The notes under the pieces are model-generated. The model was not told the origin of the DNA and ran no database searches. It was given only the letters and a program-made list of their open reading frames with translations. Of a stretch of 40,778 bases of DNA, positions 36,553 to 40,778 are shown piece by piece. The translations under genes and the position numbers were made by a program. Each line of letters begins with the position of its first letter. Position 1 is the first letter of the stretch. Source of the DNA: a virus (Duplodnaviria; Caudoviricetes); IMG/VR virus record IMGVR_UViG_3300032288_000672, positions 1 through 40,778 of that record; one strand, 5' to 3'.

Positions 36553-36557
36553 TCAAC

Positions 36558-36854
36558 TTATTTTTCTGGCTTGGTCGGCCAAACAGGATTAAAAGGGTCT
36601 GTTGTATTTTCGGGAAGATCACGCAAAGCCTGACGATATGTTGACCACTGAGCTTGCTTCTCCGGCGAGTACGAAGCCCAACGATCAGGTAGAACATAAG
36701 CATCACTTTCCTTCAGCAAGGAGTCACGTTGAGAACGAAGATTACTCCATGCCAGAGGGGTGAGACGAATACGTCTGGCTTCAATTTCTTGCTGAGTCCA
36801 ATGACGAATAGTTACTTCACCAGTTACTGCATTTGTATCAACTGTTGTGTACAT
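36558..36854 (-). CDS. Tail fibre assembly chaperone
   Basis: LRSQRDSLL..SD, W..YRQALRDLP, VWP.KP motif. Confidence 0.85.
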   Translation of the reverse strand: MYTTVDTNAVTGEVTIRHWTQQEIEARRIRLTPLAWSNLRSQRDSLLKESDAYVLPDRWASYSPEKQAQWSTYRQALRDLPENTTDPFNPVWPTKPEK

Positions 36855-36856
36855 GA

Positions 36857-37804
36857 TTACTTAATCCCATAAACACGAATAGAACCAGCATCAAAGGTTC
36901 CAACATTGGTAGCAATGCTAATAGATGTAGAAGCTGTGGTAATTGGTAAATCTCCAGAATATGTGTCTCCAGTAGTACCAGAAGAGGTATTAGATGTTAA
37001 AGTAGAATTATGATAACTAAAAGTAAATGTTCCATTTGTTAGATCAATAGTTGCAATACCAAATATATAGTCAGCACGATCAATATTTCCTGTAATTTGT
37101 AAGTCATCTGAAGTTGACTGACCAAGAAGAAAATAACTATTAGCAGATGGAGAGACGTTAAAACTTACACCCTGAAATACTAACATAACCAATTTGTAAT
37201 CTGTCAGAGTAAGACTGCTGATAGATTGTGAAGCACCAGAAGTAGTAGTAATAGTTCCTAACAAAGTCATACCACCGCCGCCACTTGCAGCAGCCCATAC
37301 TGGGGCAGATCCAGAACCTTGTGCAGTCAAGACATAGTTAAGTGTTCCGGTGGTGTCAAGCTTGGCCAGAGTGGCAGCACCAGAAGCCAGCTTACCAGAT
37401 GTAACGGCCAGATCGTTGATCTTGCCTGTGGTAACACCCAGATCCGCAATCTTGCCAGTTGTCACACCAAGGTCTGCAATCTTACCTGTGGTAACATTCA
37501 GGTCAGCAATCTTGGCTGTGGTAACTGCACCAGAAGCAATGGATGTGGTATTGGAATCTTCAGAAGCTGTGACATCACCTGTCAGAGCCGCTCTCTTCAA
37601 AGTCTGTGTGGCAGGGTCAAGGACAAGGGAAGAACCAACAGAAACTTCTTCAGCGGCACCAGATGATGCAGTGGCTCTACCCAGAAGCTTTGACGCAGCC
37701 AGAGTCAAATCATGTTCATCATTCCAGTTAGACGGTCTGACAACAGAGGTATCAGCACCGTCTGATTTGGCTGATGTAAATTTATGCTTAAGTGAGACAG
37801 TCAT
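36857..37804 (-). CDS. Tail fibre protein
   Basis: VRPSNWNDEH N-terminus, VTTxKIADL decamer repeats, VLTAQG.G.AP.W, GGGG linker, GSIRVYG end; followed by chaperone. Confidence 0.75.
   Translation of the reverse strand: MTVSLKHKFTSAKSDGADTSVVRPSNWNDEHDLTLAASKLLGRATASSGAAEEVSVGSSLVLDPATQTLKRAALTGDVTASEDSNTTSIASGAVTTAKIADLNVTTGKIADLGVTTGKIADLGVTTGKINDLAVTSGKLASGAATLAKLDTTGTLNYVLTAQGSGSAPVWAAASGGGGMTLLGTITTTSGASQSISSLTLTDYKLVMLVFQGVSFNVSPSANSYFLLGQSTSDDLQITGNIDRADYIFGIATIDLTNGTFTFSYHNSTLTSNTSSGTTGDTYSGDLPITTASTSISIATNVGTFDAGSIRVYGIK
37376..37525 (-). repeat. Five imperfect 30-nt coding tandem repeats (VTT[A/G]KIADL-type)
   Basis: GTAAC/GTCAC recurs at exact 30-nt period ending 37405, 37435, 37465, 37495, 37525. 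Confidence 0.85.
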
Positions 37805-37816
37805 CAAATACCCCTG

Positions 37817-38242
37817 TTAAGCAATGGTAAGAACACCAGTGGACGGGTCAAAGTCTGTGGTAAAGGATTCACCATCGGCCAGAGTAATGGCAGTACCGTA
37901 ATCCCACCAACCGATAAGTCTATCCCCGGTACTGGTGTCGTTGTACAGGATCACATAACGGAACGGGCCAATGGAACCACCAGAGGCAGTCCATGTGGCA
38001 GGATCAGCCAGTACAAGCTTGTACGTGCCAGATGTCTGGGCAGAGGATGTGACAGCGGCAGAGTTACCCCCAGCCGTGTACCCATTCCCGGCAGAAATCT
38101 CAGCAGCATCCGCCAGACCAGCATGTGTGCTGGCATTGGGGGCTGTGTTGGACAAAGCAACCTTCAAAGTATCTGAGCCAAGATTGTGAACCTTCTCGGC
38201 CAGATCTTCTACGAAGACATAGTATTTATTAAAAGAAGCCAT
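37817..38242 (-). CDS. Virion structural protein of fibre module
   Basis: 141 aa beta-rich, HNLGSDTLKVAL, GYTAGG, GPFRY..LYN, LIGWWDYG. Confidence 0.65.
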   Translation of the reverse strand: MASFNKYYVFVEDLAEKVHNLGSDTLKVALSNTAPNASTHAGLADAAEISAGNGYTAGGNSAAVTSSAQTSGTYKLVLADPATWTASGGSIGPFRYVILYNDTSTGDRLIGWWDYGTAITLADGESFTTDFDPSTGVLTIA

Positions 38243-38267
38243 TTCCTATTCCTTACGCTGAAGCGAG

Positions 38268-38996
38268 TTAAAAGTTCACGGTTACACTAAACTCAGTTAC
38301 CGTACCGGACAATCCAGTAAGTCTTACCCAGACATATCTGTTTGCCGGAATGGATGTATGAGACAGAGAAGTTGTCACAAGACCTGTGGTAGAGTTTGTA
38401 CAGGTAATGCCACCTTCCACCGCAGAGGTTCCAGACCCCGCCCTGTTCGCATCCCAGAGGATCTCAAAGGTTACTGAGGGGGAAGTTCCCCTGACCAGAG
38501 AAACGATGGATGTGATGGAAAGAGGTTGTGTGTTGTAGAAGAGGGTTACATTGTCAGTCCCGGTGGGGCTTTCAATTGTCAGAGCCTTCGGATCAATAAC
38601 ACCCGAGGCATACCACCCGGCACCTGTGTAGAATCTGAGATCATTCTCAGCAGTATTGTAGTAGACCGCACCAGCGATAAGAGTACCTCCGTCATTATCA
38701 GTGGTGGGGTCGGAGGCAAAGGCCCCCAGATATCTTTGTTTGTATAGTTCGTACACATTGTCCAGAGTATCTTCAATGTCCTGCTTACGCATCGGATCAT
38801 TCGGCTGGGTAGCCTGTGGAAGATTCAGGATTCTGTAACTATTCATGTCGAAGTCGGCAAGCATGGCATTGGGGGTAGAACCGTCCAACGACAACACATT
38901 GTCAAACTGATCACGGATATTGGTGAAGTTCTGGTTCAGAGCCGTATTGGCCTGATACCCAGATGTCACCGTTGTTATGTTGGGTTTCTTCGCCAT
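38268..38996 (-). CDS. Tail fibre anchor-like virion protein, first gene of late arm
   Basis: LNQNF..I...FDNVLSLDG..PNAM..DFDMNS.RILNL N-terminal domain; YLG.FASDPT.DNDG. Confidence 0.65.
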   Translation of the reverse strand: MAKKPNITTVTSGYQANTALNQNFTNIRDQFDNVLSLDGSTPNAMLADFDMNSYRILNLPQATQPNDPMRKQDIEDTLDNVYELYKQRYLGAFASDPTTDNDGGTLIAGAVYYNTAENDLRFYTGAGWYASGVIDPKALTIESPTGTDNVTLFYNTQPLSITSIVSLVRGTSPSVTFEILWDANRAGSGTSAVEGGITCTNSTTGLVTTSLSHTSIPANRYVWVRLTGLSGTVTEFSVTVNF

Positions 38997-39188
38997 GCGA
39001 CTCCGCTCTCTACGTTCGCTAGAAGGGACAGGTCTTTTAAGACAGAACTATCCTTAAAGACAAAATATAAAAGAAAAGACAGAAATCACTTTCTGTCCTA
39101 CTATTAGTATAACATATATGTTGAACTCTTGTCACTGATTGTATTTAATCTCTACAATAAGTGACCTTAAGTTTCTTTCTATAAGTAT

Positions 39189-39217
39189 ATTATACCAAAA
39201 GCCACAAATCATGTCAA
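39189..39217 (-). promoter_or_regulatory. Late-arm promoter TTGACA-N17-TATAAT with extended -10
   Basis: Reverse complement TTGACA TGATTTGTGGCTTTTGG TATAAT upstream of 38996. Confidence 0.8.
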
Positions 39218-39603
39218 TAGATAATTTTGCATAGAAGCTATGCTTTAAGTGCATACCTTCATGTTTTACACCCCCGGTCCCACATATTGTATAAACCATG
39301 GGTAATGCCCCCACCCATAGTAGGAACCCCATTTCTCTGGAATTTCTCTGTGAAAATTTTAAGTTGTGATTAGGGGGTATGGAGGTGGCCCGCCCCCCCT
39401 TTGTACCACGGGTAGGGGTAGGGGTCAAGCACCTAGAAGTTGTACCCTCTACTTTTTTACCCACACTGGGGAATACTACTAGGACAGAATTCCTACAACC
39501 ACGGGGTGATTTACCATAGGTTGTAACACGCATTGAGTGCATGGGGTGCGCTTATCTTTGGGTGTACCGGCTTTGTCCCGGCTCAACTTGTGAGTGCATA
39601 ACA

Positions 39604-39651
39604 CTAGGAATCCCTGCCTAGGAATCTAACCCTATGAAATCCCTAGGAATC
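39604..39651. repeat. Short direct repeats CTAGGAATC x3 plus one degenerate copy
   Basis: Copies at 39604, 39618, 39643; CTATGAAATC at 39632. Confidence 0.7.
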
Positions 39652-39704
39652 TTGTCTCATACAATAGGTAAGTCATGCTTACCAATTAACCGATTAAACT
39701 GCTA

Positions 39705-39732
39705 TTGACATAAGGGCGGAATTCTTTATTGT
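39705..39732 (+). promoter_or_regulatory. Early promoter TTGACA-N16-TATTGT
   Basis: TTGACA 39705-39710, TATTGT 39727-39732, AT-rich upstream; precedes first + arm gene. Confidence 0.6.
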
Positions 39733-39785
39733 TTTGACCATGGGCGAGGCATAGGGCCTACCTGCAACTAGAAGGACACAAGACA

Positions 39786-40340
39786 ATGACTAGTAAGCTT
39801 AAGGCGAACATCGTCAAAGGCGCGGTTCAAATCGCCCGCGACATCGTGGCAAACGACAATGCCAAGGCCGATTTGGCCAACAAGCTGTTGCGCTTTGTAC
39901 ATGACGGGCGCGAAGCTGGCCTCTCGGTCAATTCCATTTGGGCGGATATTGCCCGTGATATGGGTTTCTCCGATAAGGATGCCAAGCTTCAAGGCACGCA
40001 GATGCCGGGGACGCTGGCGGTCTATCGGGCTACCATGCGCAAGGCGGAACGCGTTGGCGCGAACTTCGGTCTAAACTGGGCAGCGTTCAAGGCGGACATC
40101 GCGGACAAGGCCAAGTCCGAACGTGCGCCGCAAGTGTCCAAGGCCAATGAGACCAAGGCGGAAACGGGAGGGCATGTTGTCGATTTTGAGGGTGAAACGC
40201 CTGAAACGCGCCTTACTGAGATTGCCGTGCCAGCCGGATTGATCCGCAAGATTGCCGATAAGCGCATGGGCCTAACCATTGAGCAACGTGCCGCGTTCGA
40301 TACCAAGATTGCCGCCTTCGTCGCAGCCTATGGGGTGTGA
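39786..40340 (+). CDS. Putative first early gene, GC-rich hypothetical protein
   Basis: 184 aa, Ala-rich, own promoter and terminator. Confidence 0.8.
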   Translation: MTSKLKANIVKGAVQIARDIVANDNAKADLANKLLRFVHDGREAGLSVNSIWADIARDMGFSDKDAKLQGTQMPGTLAVYRATMRKAERVGANFGLNWAAFKADIADKAKSERAPQVSKANETKAETGGHVVDFEGETPETRLTEIAVPAGLIRKIADKRMGLTIEQRAAFDTKIAAFVAAYGV

Positions 40341-40352
40341 TACACGCGAAAC

Positions 40353-40381
40353 GGGAGAGGTCGAAAGGCCTCTCTCTTTTT
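40353..40381 (+). terminator. Rho-independent terminator
   Basis: GGGAGAGGTC-GAAA-GGCCTCTCTC-TTTTT. Confidence 0.9.
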
Positions 40382-40384
40382 ACC

Positions 40385-40424
<40 letters not shown>

Positions 40425-40538
40425 AGAGGGTGGCGAGTAATGAGTTTGTCCATTTACAAGGTGGGCGGTTAAACGGGTATGTTTTGCATGGAGCGTAGCG
40501 TAGGCCGTTTAATCAATTAAACTGAGAGGAAAACGACA

Positions 40539-40769
40539 ATGTTGAAGTACAAGTACGATCCAGATGTGGCGTATGGTCTGCGCTTCAAAGCGGAACGTCT
40601 GTGTGAGATGATGGTGGTAGCAGCATTTGCCAATCCAGAAGATCAGGACTACTGGTTCCAGATGGGGATTGAGTATGCAGATAAGCTGGCACATGAGTTG
40701 TCTGCCTATCAGCAAGATCTACACTACCAACAGAATCCGGTGGTGATTAATGATCAGATTCCGTTCTAA
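40539..40769 (+). CDS. Early hypothetical protein
   Basis: GAGGA RBS, 76 aa ending DDQIPF-like tail (INDQIPF). Confidence 0.75.
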   Translation: MLKYKYDPDVAYGLRFKAERLCEMMVVAAFANPEDQDYWFQMGIEYADKLAHELSAYQQDLHYQQNPVVINDQIPF

Positions 40770-40778
40770 GGGAGGGTA
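40769..40778. repeat. 10-nt terminal overlap AGGGAGGGTA (copy 2)
   Basis: Identical to 1-10. Confidence 0.75.

Noticed and set aside
37376-37525. 30-nt periodic repeats as a CRISPR array or DGR
   Set aside because: In-frame coding repeats without spacers; no reverse transcriptase or cas operon (the Cas4-like gene is a typical phage exonuclease)
39132-39542. 136-aa - strand ORF in the intergenic end region
   Set aside because: Runs through promoter and homopolymer tracts, no RBS, low-complexity product

Overview
The window looks like a complete, circularly permuted ~40.8 kb genome of a lytic podovirus. The first and last 10 nt are identical (AGGGAGGGTA), and the join places an RBS in front of the ORF at 13. 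It has two converging arms and no phage RNA polymerase or integrase. The + arm (39786-40769, continuing 13-13654) carries small early genes, a GP88-family Cys-motif protein, a GcrA-like HTH protein, T7-like primase/helicase, family A DNA polymerase, SSB, gp1.7/DUF3310-like protein, MazG-like enzyme, exonuclease, GIY-YIG nuclease, two tRNAs (Arg-UCU, Thr-UGU), a metallophosphoesterase and a class II (B12-dependent) ribonucleotide reductase. The - arm (38996 down to 13710) carries fibre proteins, lysis genes, terminase, portal, scaffold, capsid, tail adaptor/nozzle, a GNAT, internal virion proteins and ten tiny Lys/Arg-rich ORFs. The arms meet at a bidirectional terminator (~13672-13711). This architecture resembles SIO1/cobavirus-like (Zobellviridae-like) phages, and an alphaproteobacterial host is an inference. 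Most notable: (i) a ~390 nt highly structured non-coding cassette with pseudoknot and kissing-loop complementarity between the two tRNAs; (ii) a translationally coupled array of ten small basic proteins at the end of the virion operon; (iii) a Pol A with paired substitutions at the steric-gate Glu (to Gln) and O-helix Tyr (to Leu); (iv) near-consensus sigma70 promoters that mostly use a 16-bp spacer. All family assignments come from motif recognition by eye; no searches were run.
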